DNA of 64,000 nt from Calditrichia bacterium (GCA_028284905.1 JANQQU010000065.1:68128-132127), one strand, 5' to 3'; counted from the stretch's first letter, positions 10,576 to 20,525 are shown. Translations and numbers: made by a program. The notes: a model not told the origin generated them from the sequence alone.

Positions 10576-10614
10576 CAAAAAAAAACCCAATTTTCCGGAA
10601 GGAAAATTGGGTTT
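10576..10614 (-). terminator. intrinsic terminator in the riboswitch leader (probable expression platform)
   Basis: Minus strand reads AAACCCAATTTTCC-TTCC-GGAAAATTGGGTTT followed by a T-tract, upstream of the btuB RBS. Confidence 0.8.
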
Positions 10615-10699
10615 ACACCTGTATAGAGGCACATAAAATCATGTACGAATACGACAGACACCCTATCTTCCCGCGAAGATAATTCTTAAGGGTCTTTAC

Positions 10700-10860
10700 A
10701 CAAGCCGGTCTCCTGACTCAGGCGTCTTTCTACTCGCTCGCCTTCCCATTCCGGATTGCCGGAACAGTGGCACTTCAGAGCTTTCGTCAACCTATACAGT
10801 TGCGGGGCAGTGGCGGATTCTCACCGCGCTTCCCGAGCACTTGCGTAAAAGAAATTTACC
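10700..10860 (-). ncRNA. cobalamin riboswitch
   Basis: Minus strand shows GGGAAGCGCGGTGAGAATCCGCCACTGCCCCGCAACTGT...GCCACTG...GGGAAGG...GAGTCAGGAGACCGGC (B12 box), upstream of the btu genes. Ends approximate. Confidence 0.93.
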
Positions 10861-11072
10861 TACTTTCAACAAGCTGCAATAATGCCTGTTCGAAGTGGAT
10901 AAAATATTTCAAACTACATACTACTGATGAAGAATGTAACTCAGCGTTACAAAAAATCCAACGTTTTATCTTTTTTACTGCCTGAGGAAATAAAAATACT
11001 TAATACTGGAATCAGTGTAATATGTTTAAAAATAATGCCTTAAAAGTTTATTGTTTTTTAGTTTTTCTGTTT

Positions 11073-11438
11073 TCACGAAACGATTCTGGTAGAGAGTACC
11101 CGTTTAATCGCATTCTTTAATTCGCTGAGATCGGATGACTTAACGATGTATTCTTCTGCAGCCCAGCTCATAAAATTATCCTTATAATGCGAGTATGCAG
11201 TGTGAATAATGACGGGAATGTTTGGGTTAATTCCGAGCAACTTCCGCAAGGCATCCAGGCCATGAATATTTGGCATCATCAAATCCAGCACGACCAGGTC
11301 GGGCTTTTCGGATTGCATTTTTTCAACGGCTTCCAATCCATCCTTAGCCAAAACGACATTATAGCCCATTTCAGAAATCTCGGTTTCATAAAGCATTCTT
11401 TGGGCGGCTTCGTCTTCAACAATTAAGATTTTTTTCAT
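11073..11438 (-). CDS. single-domain response regulator (receiver)
   Basis: ILIVEDE, DLVVLDLMMP and IVKS motifs. Confidence 0.92.
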   Translation of the reverse strand: MKKILIVEDEAAQRMLYETEISEMGYNVVLAKDGLEAVEKMQSEKPDLVVLDLMMPNIHGLDALRKLLGINPNIPVIIHTAYSHYKDNFMSWAAEEYIVKSSDLSELKNAIKRVLSTRIVS

Positions 11439-11490
11439 AACACACCTCCATTTGGTTTGATTTTATAGTTCAAAATTTAAAGTTCTTTTT

Positions 11491-11522
11491 GCCCATTTGC
11501 CCATTTGCCCATTTACCCATTT
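11491..11522. repeat. octamer tandem repeat (GCCCATTT)x3 plus ACCCATTT
   Basis: Directly visible; overlaps the kinase stop codon. Confidence 0.8.
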
Positions 11523-13729
11523 TCAACAAGTGAAACATCCACAGTATCTACGCCAACAACTTCCGGTAATAAAATATGAAATGTCGAGCCTTGACGAGAT
11601 TGCGTGGTGACGTCGATACGACCATTATGGGATTCCACAATCTGATTGACGATAGAAAGACCAAGACCGGTGCCACCGGACTTAGTGGTAAAAAATGCGC
11701 TAAAAATTTTCCCCAGCAGGCTTTTCTCGATGCCTGGACCATTATCGGTTATTTCAACGACGACATTGCCATCTTCGGATCGGGCATGAATGCGAATTTC
11801 CCCATCTGCTTTTCGGTGTTCCAATGCTTCCACGCCGTTCTTGATAACGTTTAAAAAAGCCTGGTGAAGCATTTTCTCATCACCATTTACCAGCAAAGGC
11901 TGATCCGCCAGTATTTCCACCAGGCGATGCTGGCGTTCGCGGATTGCCGGCGCCATCATTTCTAAAACTTGTCGAAGCACTTTATTGATATTGACCTGCT
12001 GCTTAACCGGTTCCGGCGGATTGGCAACATTAAGAATATTCCCGAGAATATTTTCCAGGTGGGAAACCTGCTCGCTGATAATCCGGGCATACTGCATCAC
12101 CTGGGAATTCTCAGGAATTTTCCGTTCGATCAATCTGGCAAATCCACCGATCGATACCAGTGGATTGCGGATTTCATGAGCGATTTTTGCCGACATTTCT
12201 CCAATCGTTGCCAACCGTTCAGCCCGCAATAGCTTTTCCTGATTCTCCGCCAACTGCTTGTAGGCATCCTGAGCTTCCTGAATACGATCTTCCAGCTTGC
12301 GGTATAACCGGGCGTTTTCAATTGCTGAACTGGCGTGACTGGCAAAGAGCTTTAATCCCTCAATGTCTTCCGGGGTAATTTCCCGGCGATTGATACAATT
12401 GTCCGCAATGATGACGCCCAAAGGCTCAGTTTTCGAATAAACCGGGGCGGCTACAAAAGTATCGTTCTTGAGCAGATCGATTAAGTCGCTGTCGCAGCTG
12501 TCGGCAATATTCGTTGCTGGTGATGCGATTTCTCCATCCTTAACATAGATAACACGTTTACTGTTTAAGGCCCGGGTCAAAATATGGTCTTGATGTGACA
12601 GAGGTATTTCAATTTGACTGACAATTTCATTGACTTTTTTATCTGCGCCTTCCAGGTCAATTTTGTATATCTGAATGATGTCACGCAGATAATGATAGTC
12701 CTGATTTAATTCGCTCCAGATCCTGCTAGCTTCTTCCGCATCGGATGGGCCAATAGCCAGGTGGCCTTTCAGGGTCTGTTCTTCCTTATCGAGCATTAAA
12801 ATGAATGCCCGGTTAAAGCGTAAGCCCTCTCCGGCAGTAATTGCGATCAGAATAATGCGTAAGATTTCCCGCTCTTCATAAGTGCGGTGAAGAATTTCAT
12901 TCAACTCGTTTAATTTGGAAAGCTCCAGGATTGTACGAAGTAATTCGAATTCCAGGGCTTTTCGAGCATCGATATCTTTAATGATTTCCGAAGCGCCGCT
13001 GATTTTTCCCTTTTCATCATAAATCAGGGAAGAGGAAATATCCACATACACCAGGCGCCCGTCTTTGTGGCGGCGCTGGGTTTCAAACTTCTTCAAAGCC
13101 CCTTTGTCATTCAGTTCATTACGAATATGGCTTAATTCGCCAAGGTCGAGTAGTTCTTCCGGCATAAGAATTTTGATGTGCTGCCCAATGATTTCTGCTT
13201 CCGTATAGCCGAAAATCTCCTCCGCACCTTTATTCCAATTGATAATTCGTTCTTCATTATCAAGAAAAATAATTGCATCGGTCGAGGTTTTAACGATGGC
13301 AGAGAACCGTTTCTCTTTCTCCCGTAATTTTTCCTGAATACGCTCATTATCTGTAACGTCCATGCCAATGCGAAGCGCACCTTTAACGATGTCGTCTTCC
13401 TGGTAAACAGGGAGGTTGAAAAACTCCAAATGCTGTTTACCGGTGCCGCTCCCGGCACTGGTTTTTATCTGGCGTTTTTCCGGATGTTTATGCCAGTCAT
13501 CTTCTCTGCTGGTAATACACTCAATACAATCTTCGTCGCAAGGCAAGAGCGCATTTTTACAAGGCAGTTTTTGCCCGACATGAATCTCCGGCAGCATTTC
13601 CGACATATAACGATTAAACCAGGCGACCGTATTACTGCTGTCGACCAGGTACAGGTAGATTGGGTAGTGACCGACAAAGCGGTCCAATAACCGCATGATA
13701 TCTTTCAATTCATGAATAAGCGGGTGCAT
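11513..13729 (-). CDS. PAS/GAF sensor histidine kinase
   Basis: PAS (WNKGAEEIFGY), GAF region, H-box AHEIRNPL, N-box, DNGPGI and GTGLGL. Confidence 0.92.
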   Translation of the reverse strand: MHPLIHELKDIMRLLDRFVGHYPIYLYLVDSSNTVAWFNRYMSEMLPEIHVGQKLPCKNALLPCDEDCIECITSREDDWHKHPEKRQIKTSAGSGTGKQHLEFFNLPVYQEDDIVKGALRIGMDVTDNERIQEKLREKEKRFSAIVKTSTDAIIFLDNEERIINWNKGAEEIFGYTEAEIIGQHIKILMPEELLDLGELSHIRNELNDKGALKKFETQRRHKDGRLVYVDISSSLIYDEKGKISGASEIIKDIDARKALEFELLRTILELSKLNELNEILHRTYEEREILRIILIAITAGEGLRFNRAFILMLDKEEQTLKGHLAIGPSDAEEASRIWSELNQDYHYLRDIIQIYKIDLEGADKKVNEIVSQIEIPLSHQDHILTRALNSKRVIYVKDGEIASPATNIADSCDSDLIDLLKNDTFVAAPVYSKTEPLGVIIADNCINRREITPEDIEGLKLFASHASSAIENARLYRKLEDRIQEAQDAYKQLAENQEKLLRAERLATIGEMSAKIAHEIRNPLVSIGGFARLIERKIPENSQVMQYARIISEQVSHLENILGNILNVANPPEPVKQQVNINKVLRQVLEMMAPAIRERQHRLVEILADQPLLVNGDEKMLHQAFLNVIKNGVEALEHRKADGEIRIHARSEDGNVVVEITDNGPGIEKSLLGKIFSAFFTTKSGGTGLGLSIVNQIVESHNGRIDVTTQSRQGSTFHILLPEVVGVDTVDVSLVENG

Positions 13730-14010
13730 AAGCTCTAATGATTAGGGTGATAATAATATTTTTTGATAATGCAAGCGTTGCACAGGTTGCGTAAATAGTA
13801 GTGATCATTCTGGATGTGCCAGATTTATATTACAAAAACAAGCGAGCTAAATCAATATAAAATACGTGCAGGAAGCGTTTTTTGTAAGTAACTTTTTTCT
13901 CAAGATAACACTAATTATAATGGGAAGATTCACTTAAATTCCGGTTGAGTCCGGGATGGCTTTACTATAAATTAGCGCACGCGAAGCGAGAACGCACGTT
14001 AGGAGTGTTA

Positions 14011-15477
14011 GTGAAACTGATTCATCGATACATAATTAAGGAGTTAACCGGACCGTTTATATTCGGTCTTTCCGTGATTATGCTGGTATTCATTCTGAAA
14101 TTTATTTTACAGCATATCGGAAAAATTCTCGGAAAAGGGCTCTCTTATACAACCATCTTTGAATTCATTTTCCTTAACCTCGCCTGGATGCTCGCCCTGG
14201 CAGTACCAATGGCAGTACTGATCGCATCTCTGATGGCATTCGGCCGCCTTTCCGCTGATAACGAGATCACCATCTTCAAATCTACCGGTATCAATCTTTA
14301 TCGTATCATTACGCCGGCAATTATCTGGAGCATTATTCTCACCATGGGGATGATTTGGTATAACGATAAAATTTTGCCGGAATTTAACCACATGGCCCGC
14401 AAGCTTTCCTATAGCATTAGCCGGAAAAAACCGACGCTGCAGATAGAAGAGGGCATTTACCTCAAGCAGGACAAATTTAATATTCTCGTAGAAAAAATCG
14501 AGCGGGCTTCCCTCGCGCAGTTTAACCGGAATACCATCATTAATTCGGACTATCCGGAGGCAAATGCCGATCGTTTAAAGCAGATAACTATTTTCGATTA
14601 CAGCAATACCAACAAACAACGAACGGTCATTGCCGACCATGGCTACATGAAGCTTGATGCGGATAACGAAATGATGGTTTTCTACTTGTTCGACGGAGAG
14701 ATCCATGAGGCGGAAACCCGCGACTATGTGGAATACCGCCGTTCCGGCTTCGGGAAATATGTGCTGAAAGTGCCTGCACCGGGCATGTCTTTGAACAAAG
14801 TTGAGGAGCTTCAGCGCGGAGATCGGGAGATGAGCATCTCCATGATGGAAGCAAAGATCGAAACATTTGAGCAACAAATTCTTCAGACAAAGAAAAACAA
14901 GCAGCAGGAACTGAGCAACTTTTTGATGAAGCCGGAGGAAGTTAAGCAATGGCTGGCAGAGGCGAAACAAGATACGCTGAAGCCGGATGTTGGCTCTCTT
15001 GCCTGGAAAAATGCCTCCACCCGGGCGTCCCGAAAAACCCAGACAAATGTTAGTAAGCTGCATTCAACCATGAATAATCAGCGCCATTTTGAGAGACAGA
15101 TTTACCGTTACGAAGTGGAAATCTACAAGAAATACAGTATTCCGTTTGCCTGTATCGTTTTTGTTCTCATTGGGGCGCCATTGGGTATTCGGGCCAAAAA
15201 AGGTTCCCTGGGCGTTGGTGCGGCATTTAGTATTGTCTTTTTTCTGGTCTACTGGGCCTGCCTCATCGGTGGAGAAGATCTGGCCGATAAACAGATTGTT
15301 GAACCGGTATTTGCCATGTGGTTTCCCAACATTGTGGTCGGCAGTCTGGGAGTGTATCTGACGTATAAAACAGTAAAAGAAACAACCTTTATTCAGTGGG
15401 ATCGTTTTGGTGGATTGCTGAAAATGTTTTCCCGGAAAACAGAGAATCCTGTTGCTGAAGAAGATGTCGAATCCTGA
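14011..15477 (+). CDS. lptF: LPS export permease LptF
   Basis: YjgP/Q motifs LAVPMAVL..FGRLSADNEI and KKYSIPFACIVF; GTG start after an AGGAG RBS. Confidence 0.85.
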   Translation: MKLIHRYIIKELTGPFIFGLSVIMLVFILKFILQHIGKILGKGLSYTTIFEFIFLNLAWMLALAVPMAVLIASLMAFGRLSADNEITIFKSTGINLYRIITPAIIWSIILTMGMIWYNDKILPEFNHMARKLSYSISRKKPTLQIEEGIYLKQDKFNILVEKIERASLAQFNRNTIINSDYPEANADRLKQITIFDYSNTNKQRTVIADHGYMKLDADNEMMVFYLFDGEIHEAETRDYVEYRRSGFGKYVLKVPAPGMSLNKVEELQRGDREMSISMMEAKIETFEQQILQTKKNKQQELSNFLMKPEEVKQWLAEAKQDTLKPDVGSLAWKNASTRASRKTQTNVSKLHSTMNNQRHFERQIYRYEVEIYKKYSIPFACIVFVLIGAPLGIRAKKGSLGVGAAFSIVFFLVYWACLIGGEDLADKQIVEPVFAMWFPNIVVGSLGVYLTYKTVKETTFIQWDRFGGLLKMFSRKTENPVAEEDVES

Positions 15478-15525
15478 CTTCCCGTCCCTAGAGAAACGTC
15501 CTAAGTTTACTATTACAGAGAATTC

Positions 15526-16608
15526 ATGAACATACTCGATCGCTATCTGATTAAAAAATTTCTTTTCGTGCTGCTTTTTGCCTCCCTGGCCTTTGTAGCG
15601 ATCTTTATCGTTGTGGATTTGATTGAACACCTCGATCGTTTTCTCGATTCAAAAGCGCCGGTGAGTCGGACGATTGTCTATTATGCCTATTACGTCCCTT
15701 ATATTGTTATCCTAACTTTACCAGTGAATATGTTGCTGAGCAGCCTCTTCTCGCTCGGGAGTATGTCGAAATACAATGAGTTGGTCGCAGCGATGTCCTC
15801 CGGTGTCAGCCTTTTTCGAATTATCCTGCCCTTGTTAGTGCTTGCTTTTTTTATCAGCATTGTCGCCGGATTGCTGGGAGAAACCCTGGTACCGGAAGCG
15901 AATCGCAGTCGCATTGATATCTATGAGCATGAGATTCGCAATCTGCCCCGCCAGCCATTGGGCATTGTGACGAAGGTGTCGGTGCAGGATCATGATGAAC
16001 GCCAGGTTAGCATCGATCAGTATAATATTCGCACCCAACGGGCTACCAAGGTAAACATTGTCTGGCGGGAAGATAATCGCATCATCGAGCGCTGGGATGC
16101 CCGTAATATGACCTGGGATACCACTCGCACCGCCTGGCTGATGAAAAATGTTACCAAGCGCCGCTTTGTAGGTAATTCGGAGAAAATCAGCCGGCAGGAT
16201 ACCGTTTGGCTGACCCAAACCCGGGTAAGTCCGGAAAGCCTGGTCGATCTCGATCGTAAACCGGAAGAGATGACTTATTTCGAGCTGAAATCGTTTATTG
16301 ATAAAATTAATGATCTCGGCACGAATCCGCGAAAATGGCTGGTCGATCTTTACTCGAAAGTGGCCTATCCCTTTGCCAGCTTTATCATCGTGCTTTTTGG
16401 AGCGCCGATGGCTTCCCAGAAACGACGCAGTGGTTATACGGTCGGATTTGCCCTCGCCCTGATGATCAGTTTTGCCTATTTCGGATTTATCCAAAGCGGC
16501 AAAGCACTGGGATATAGCGGCACGTTGGATCCCATCCTGGCTGCCTGGATTGCCAATATTATTTTCGGAATTGGGGGTTTGCTGGTAATGATTTTCAATC
16601 GAAGATGA
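15526..16608 (+). CDS. lptG: LPS export permease LptG
   Basis: MNILDRYLIK, NELVAA..SGVS and PILAAWIAN motifs; follows lptF. Confidence 0.85.
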   Translation: MNILDRYLIKKFLFVLLFASLAFVAIFIVVDLIEHLDRFLDSKAPVSRTIVYYAYYVPYIVILTLPVNMLLSSLFSLGSMSKYNELVAAMSSGVSLFRIILPLLVLAFFISIVAGLLGETLVPEANRSRIDIYEHEIRNLPRQPLGIVTKVSVQDHDERQVSIDQYNIRTQRATKVNIVWREDNRIIERWDARNMTWDTTRTAWLMKNVTKRRFVGNSEKISRQDTVWLTQTRVSPESLVDLDRKPEEMTYFELKSFIDKINDLGTNPRKWLVDLYSKVAYPFASFIIVLFGAPMASQKRRSGYTVGFALALMISFAYFGFIQSGKALGYSGTLDPILAAWIANIIFGIGGLLVMIFNRR

Positions 16609-16652
16609 AATGGGCAAATGGGCAAAAATGCAATCTTCCCATTTGCCCATTT
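16608..16652. terminator. 15-bp inverted repeat built of AAATGGGC octamers between convergent genes
   Basis: AAATGGGCAAATGGG (16608-16622) pairs with CCCATTTGCCCATTT (16638-16652). Confidence 0.7.
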
Positions 16653-16661
16653 GCATATTTA

Positions 16662-17228
16662 CTAAACTCTGATTACGATGGCATTTCCCTCAAAAAGTGC
16701 AAAATCCTTGTCTGCCGTTAAAATTGCACAATCCGTTAACGATTCTGCCTGTCGATAAAGCATAAAATCTCCGAAATCTGCTTTGCTGCCATCAAAGGCA
16801 TCGAACACTGCCGGATTGTAATTTACCGCTTCCTGTGGTGCCGGAGGAAAATGCCGTTGGAAGGTTTTTCGGAAAGCACTTAGGCGCAGTTGCCAGCCTC
16901 TTTGAAAATGCGCGCTATTCTTCTTTAATGATTTAAAATTAGCAATGGAATATTTTCGGAAATGACCAGAGTTGGTCTGGATAAAAATATTGTAATAACC
17001 GACCTGCACATATTTGAAGTATTCTGCAGCAGTGAGCATTGTGGCGTGTAACTGGTAATGGGATTTCAGGCGATGCACCTGCTGAACGGTGCGGCTGTTG
17101 ACATCCGCCTTCACAAAACCAAATGGATTTTCGTAACGGATAACGATGCTGGTATCTACGAGTATCTGCCGGATCGGATAATCCGGATTCGGCCGTAATA
17201 CTCGCTTGATGCCAATCGTTTTACCCAT
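16662..17228 (-). CDS. PIN-domain protein (putative ribonuclease)
   Basis: PIN-type acidic motifs ILVDTS, AAEY, DFGD and ILTADKDF. Confidence 0.78.
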   Translation of the reverse strand: MGKTIGIKRVLRPNPDYPIRQILVDTSIVIRYENPFGFVKADVNSRTVQQVHRLKSHYQLHATMLTAAEYFKYVQVGYYNIFIQTNSGHFRKYSIANFKSLKKNSAHFQRGWQLRLSAFRKTFQRHFPPAPQEAVNYNPAVFDAFDGSKADFGDFMLYRQAESLTDCAILTADKDFALFEGNAIVIRV

Positions 17229-17588
17229 TTATACATCCGGCAAATTGTTGTTATAAAATTCTTCGGGATCTATATCGTTTCGAATGAGGTGCAGTTTGGT
17301 TTCGGCGTTTTCCAGGGCCAGGGCGAGGTCTATTTCTGCATCCTCGGAAAGATTCTGCCACTGTATACGTGCTTTAAATTCTGCGGCGGTCCACTGATTC
17401 TCGATTAGCTGCTTACCAATCGCTTCATTCAAAAATGAACTGGAAAGGTATTCGCACTCACGAAAATCCAGCATGACATCCGCATCATCCTGTAGGCATT
17501 CGCGGATTTTTTCCGTTAACTCCCGGCCTTTATCGGGGGAAAGTAATGAGGTCGTTTGTAGTAATTCGCAAACAATAATTACGGTCAA
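17229..17588 (-). CDS. STAS-like (DUF4325-type) anti-anti-sigma-fold protein
   Basis: VMLDFRECEYLSSSFLNEAIG matches the LDF..v..i.SSF...G STAS phospho-Ser loop. Confidence 0.8.
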   Translation of the reverse strand: MTVIIVCELLQTTSLLSPDKGRELTEKIRECLQDDADVMLDFRECEYLSSSFLNEAIGKQLIENQWTAAEFKARIQWQNLSEDAEIDLALALENAETKLHLIRNDIDPEEFYNNNLPDV

Positions 17589-18433
17589 TCGTTCTCTCCT
17601 TTTAACTGATAAACCGCTTCATCATAAATAATTCTTAAATTTATCATTGTCCCGGGAAAATAGCGCCTTAAAGCGACCGGGGGCAAATCGACTGCGCCTT
17701 TTGATTGCAGCATTCCCCGGTGGGAAACTGCCTGCAGCCAACCGCCGTTCAATGTAAGAAAGTTCCGGAGGTAATACAAGCCAAGCCCACGGGTTTCCTG
17801 TAATGGTTGCGTGGTTGTTCCTTTTTGCAGCGCCCATCTTAAACATTGGTGATCACTGTATTTATCCGCACCTCGAATTTGCTCTCGGACTCGCCCGGGA
17901 ATACCAATTCCATAATCGTAGAACGCGATTTCGAAATAGCCGCATTCCGGGTAAAACTGCCCGCAACAGCTAATGCCAAAGGGAGCGTCACTGTGGTGGA
18001 TTGTATTGCAGATAATTTCCCAAAGATTTTTAACAATCTGCCGGCGAAAAGCCGGGCCGAATCGCGGCGCAAAAGATTTGGAGAAAACCTCCGCTTGCAG
18101 CCATTGGGGAACTGCTTCCGCCAATTGGTTTAAATCGCCGTTAAATCTTTTCAGGGAAATAATATGATCCTGGGGAAAATATCCGCTCTTCCCGGCAGTG
18201 TTATTAAGATGGAAAAAGTTCATCTGGGCGAGATATTGATTCACTGCTGTCGAGCTGCTGTGTATAGACAATTTCTTTACAGAATTGAGTAGTAACTGAT
18301 CGAGAAAAACAATGCAATAGGGGCGCAGGAACTCACTTTCTATTCGAACATCAGCAGAATCGCTTTCCAAAATTTCTCTACCCATCTTGAGTAATCCATT
18401 GTAAGAAGCTGGGCGAATACTGAAAAAGCGCAT
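17585..18433 (-). CDS. GHKL/HATPase protein (RsbW-like Ser kinase fold, no HisKA H-box)
   Basis: N-box WEIICNTIHHS, G1 FYDYGIGI, G2 GTTT...RGLGL, C-terminal FPGT. Confidence 0.8.
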   Translation of the reverse strand: MRFFSIRPASYNGLLKMGREILESDSADVRIESEFLRPYCIVFLDQLLLNSVKKLSIHSSSTAVNQYLAQMNFFHLNNTAGKSGYFPQDHIISLKRFNGDLNQLAEAVPQWLQAEVFSKSFAPRFGPAFRRQIVKNLWEIICNTIHHSDAPFGISCCGQFYPECGYFEIAFYDYGIGIPGRVREQIRGADKYSDHQCLRWALQKGTTTQPLQETRGLGLYYLRNFLTLNGGWLQAVSHRGMLQSKGAVDLPPVALRRYFPGTMINLRIIYDEAVYQLKGEND

Positions 18434-18698
18434 TGGCGATTTTTTCCTTGTTCATAAATTTATTTGGTTGGAAGGTGAATGTAAATATGATTATATTTTT
18501 AGGCAAGATAAGTAGCAGTAAAGGTGAAATTTATGTCGATTTTTCATAGATTGTTGTAAATGCTGCTTTTATAAAGAAAAGATGTAGATATTGTATAAAA
18601 TTTCAAGTATCTGCGAAAGATTTGCCGCATCTAAAAGTCTTGTAGAATCAATAGATGAAGATACTTGTTAATTACCAAACCCCATTGCGGAGGATGAA

Positions 18699-19217
18699 AT
18701 GTTAAAAAAATCCATCAATGAAGCTTTAAATGAACAAATTGCTATGGAAGCCTATGCCTCGAACTATTACCTGGCCATGGCCTCCTGGTGTGAACGAAAA
18801 GGGCTGGAAGGCAGTGCTCAATTCTTTTATGGACAGGCAGATGAAGAACGTGAACACATGATGAAGATTTTTCGCTATGTGAATGAGGCTGATGGCCATG
18901 CCCATGCGCCGGCGATTAACCAACCGGATTTGGAATTTGAATCATTCAATTCCCTCTTTGAAATCGCTTTGAATCATGAAAAGAAAGTGACCAAGTCTAT
19001 CGATCGTATCTTGAAACTGGCCACCGAAGCGAATGATTTCCGCACTCAGAACCTTCTCCAGTGGTTTGTTGATGAGCAATTGGAAGAAGAAAATCAGATG
19101 CAGACGATTTTGGATAAATTGAATCTGATCGGCGATAGCGGTGTTGGTCTCTATATGCTGGATGCCGAATTATCCAAAAAGGCAGAGGAGAAAGAAGCTG
19201 AAGAAGAAGGGGAGTAA
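18699..19217 (+). CDS. ftnA: non-heme ferritin
   Basis: Ferroxidase motifs EEREH, HEKKVT and QWFVDEQLEEE. Confidence 0.93.
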   Translation: MLKKSINEALNEQIAMEAYASNYYLAMASWCERKGLEGSAQFFYGQADEEREHMMKIFRYVNEADGHAHAPAINQPDLEFESFNSLFEIALNHEKKVTKSIDRILKLATEANDFRTQNLLQWFVDEQLEEENQMQTILDKLNLIGDSGVGLYMLDAELSKKAEEKEAEEEGE

Positions 19218-19245
19218 ATTCCTGATTCTGACTAGGATTTATAAT

Positions 19246-19281
19246 TTTTTAACGCCGGATAAAACTATCCGGCGTTTTTTT
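19246..19281 (+). terminator. intrinsic terminator after ferritin
   Basis: AACGCCGGATA-AAAC-TATCCGGCGTT followed by a T-tract. Confidence 0.85.
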
Positions 19282-19331
19282 CAGCAATTAACGTAAAATG
19301 ACAAACCGCAGTAATCAGAGCTGAGGGAAAA

Positions 19332-20525
19332 TTGCAAATTCGCTTAAAAGGGCTTGTAAAGTTCAGTAATTATGTGAAGCAGCAGTTGCGGCAGGGGATT
19401 CCCGCGGACCTGCATCCGGCTTTTAGGGAAGAGGTGAACCGGGTGATATCGCAGGTCGAAGAAATTTGCCAGTCGCATCAAACGACGCCGGATAGCCTTT
19501 TCGGTGCCTCCCGCAATGCCTACTATTACCTGAAACATTTAGATTTAAGCCAGTTGCCCGAGGCGATTACCCATGATGCTTCCCCATTACAGCCAAAGCG
19601 GATTCGCTTGCGAAATATTCGGAAAATGACCGATTATTTCGCGGATAAATTGTGGGAAAATTGCAGTATGTTGCTGGATTCACCGAATGCTTTTCAAGCG
19701 ATAGAAGCAGAGATTGCTGAAGAAGCCGCTCGTATAGAAAAACTGTGTAAAAAGAATGATGCTTCCCCGGCAGCGTTGAACGATACTGCCCGTTACCTTT
19801 ATTGCTGGCTGAAGTTTTTAGCCAGTAATGGCAATTTGGCGGGGCATCTTTCCGCCCTGGCAATGGCCCGGCAAATATTGGAAGATCATGATGCATTTGG
19901 GTTGCCGGTGCCGGTGGTGATACATATGATTAATCTCCAGTCCATTTATCGCAGCCGCCTTTACAACGATCGTTTTTTGATTAAGTGCAGTGAAGGATAC
20001 ATGAATGCTGATGCGGAGAACTGGCTGGATATGTTCCGAAACATCCTCGATCGAAACAGCGGTATCGATAAAAAAACGGTACGGACGTTTGCAATGACGG
20101 AGGATTTCAGCGCGATTGTATTTGAGCTGGAAAGTTTTGCAGAAGCAGACGCCGGGCGGGCGCGAGGTGCTGTTTACGATTTGAATGAAAGCTTCTCACG
20201 GGTGAATCAACAATATTTTGCCGGAGAAATGGCTCGCCCGCATTTACGTTGGAGCGGCGTTATCACCCTGCGCAAAATGGGACACTACCAGGCAACGCGG
20301 GACACGGTAATGATTGCCAGCACGCTGGACCATGCCGAAGTGCCGGAATGGGTGATTGATTTTGTGATGTATCATGAGCTATTGCATAAAAAGCATGGGG
20401 CCAAATTAGTCAACGGGCGACGATTTGTCCACACATCTGCCTTCCGCCGCGATGAACAATTATTTGAAAAGTTTAACGAAGCGAATGAATTTATTAGTCA
20501 TTGGGTCACTCGTATTCGAAGATAA
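19332..20525 (+). CDS. SprT/YgjP(M48)-like zinc metallopeptidase-domain protein with duplicated N-terminal module
   Basis: C-terminal VNQQYF..LRWS..VMYHELLH...H...F pattern; TTG start. Confidence 0.7.
   Translation: MQIRLKGLVKFSNYVKQQLRQGIPADLHPAFREEVNRVISQVEEICQSHQTTPDSLFGASRNAYYYLKHLDLSQLPEAITHDASPLQPKRIRLRNIRKMTDYFADKLWENCSMLLDSPNAFQAIEAEIAEEAARIEKLCKKNDASPAALNDTARYLYCWLKFLASNGNLAGHLSALAMARQILEDHDAFGLPVPVVIHMINLQSIYRSRLYNDRFLIKCSEGYMNADAENWLDMFRNILDRNSGIDKKTVRTFAMTEDFSAIVFELESFAEADAGRARGAVYDLNESFSRVNQQYFAGEMARPHLRWSGVITLRKMGHYQATRDTVMIASTLDHAEVPEWVIDFVMYHELLHKKHGAKLVNGRRFVHTSAFRRDEQLFEKFNEANEFISHWVTRIRR

Noticed and set aside
14107-16656. Long antisense ORFs over lptFG (up to 273 aa) and similar shadow ORFs over clpB, htrA and the GH3 gene
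   Set aside because: They lie opposite well-supported genes and show no recognisable motifs; expected codon-bias shadows.
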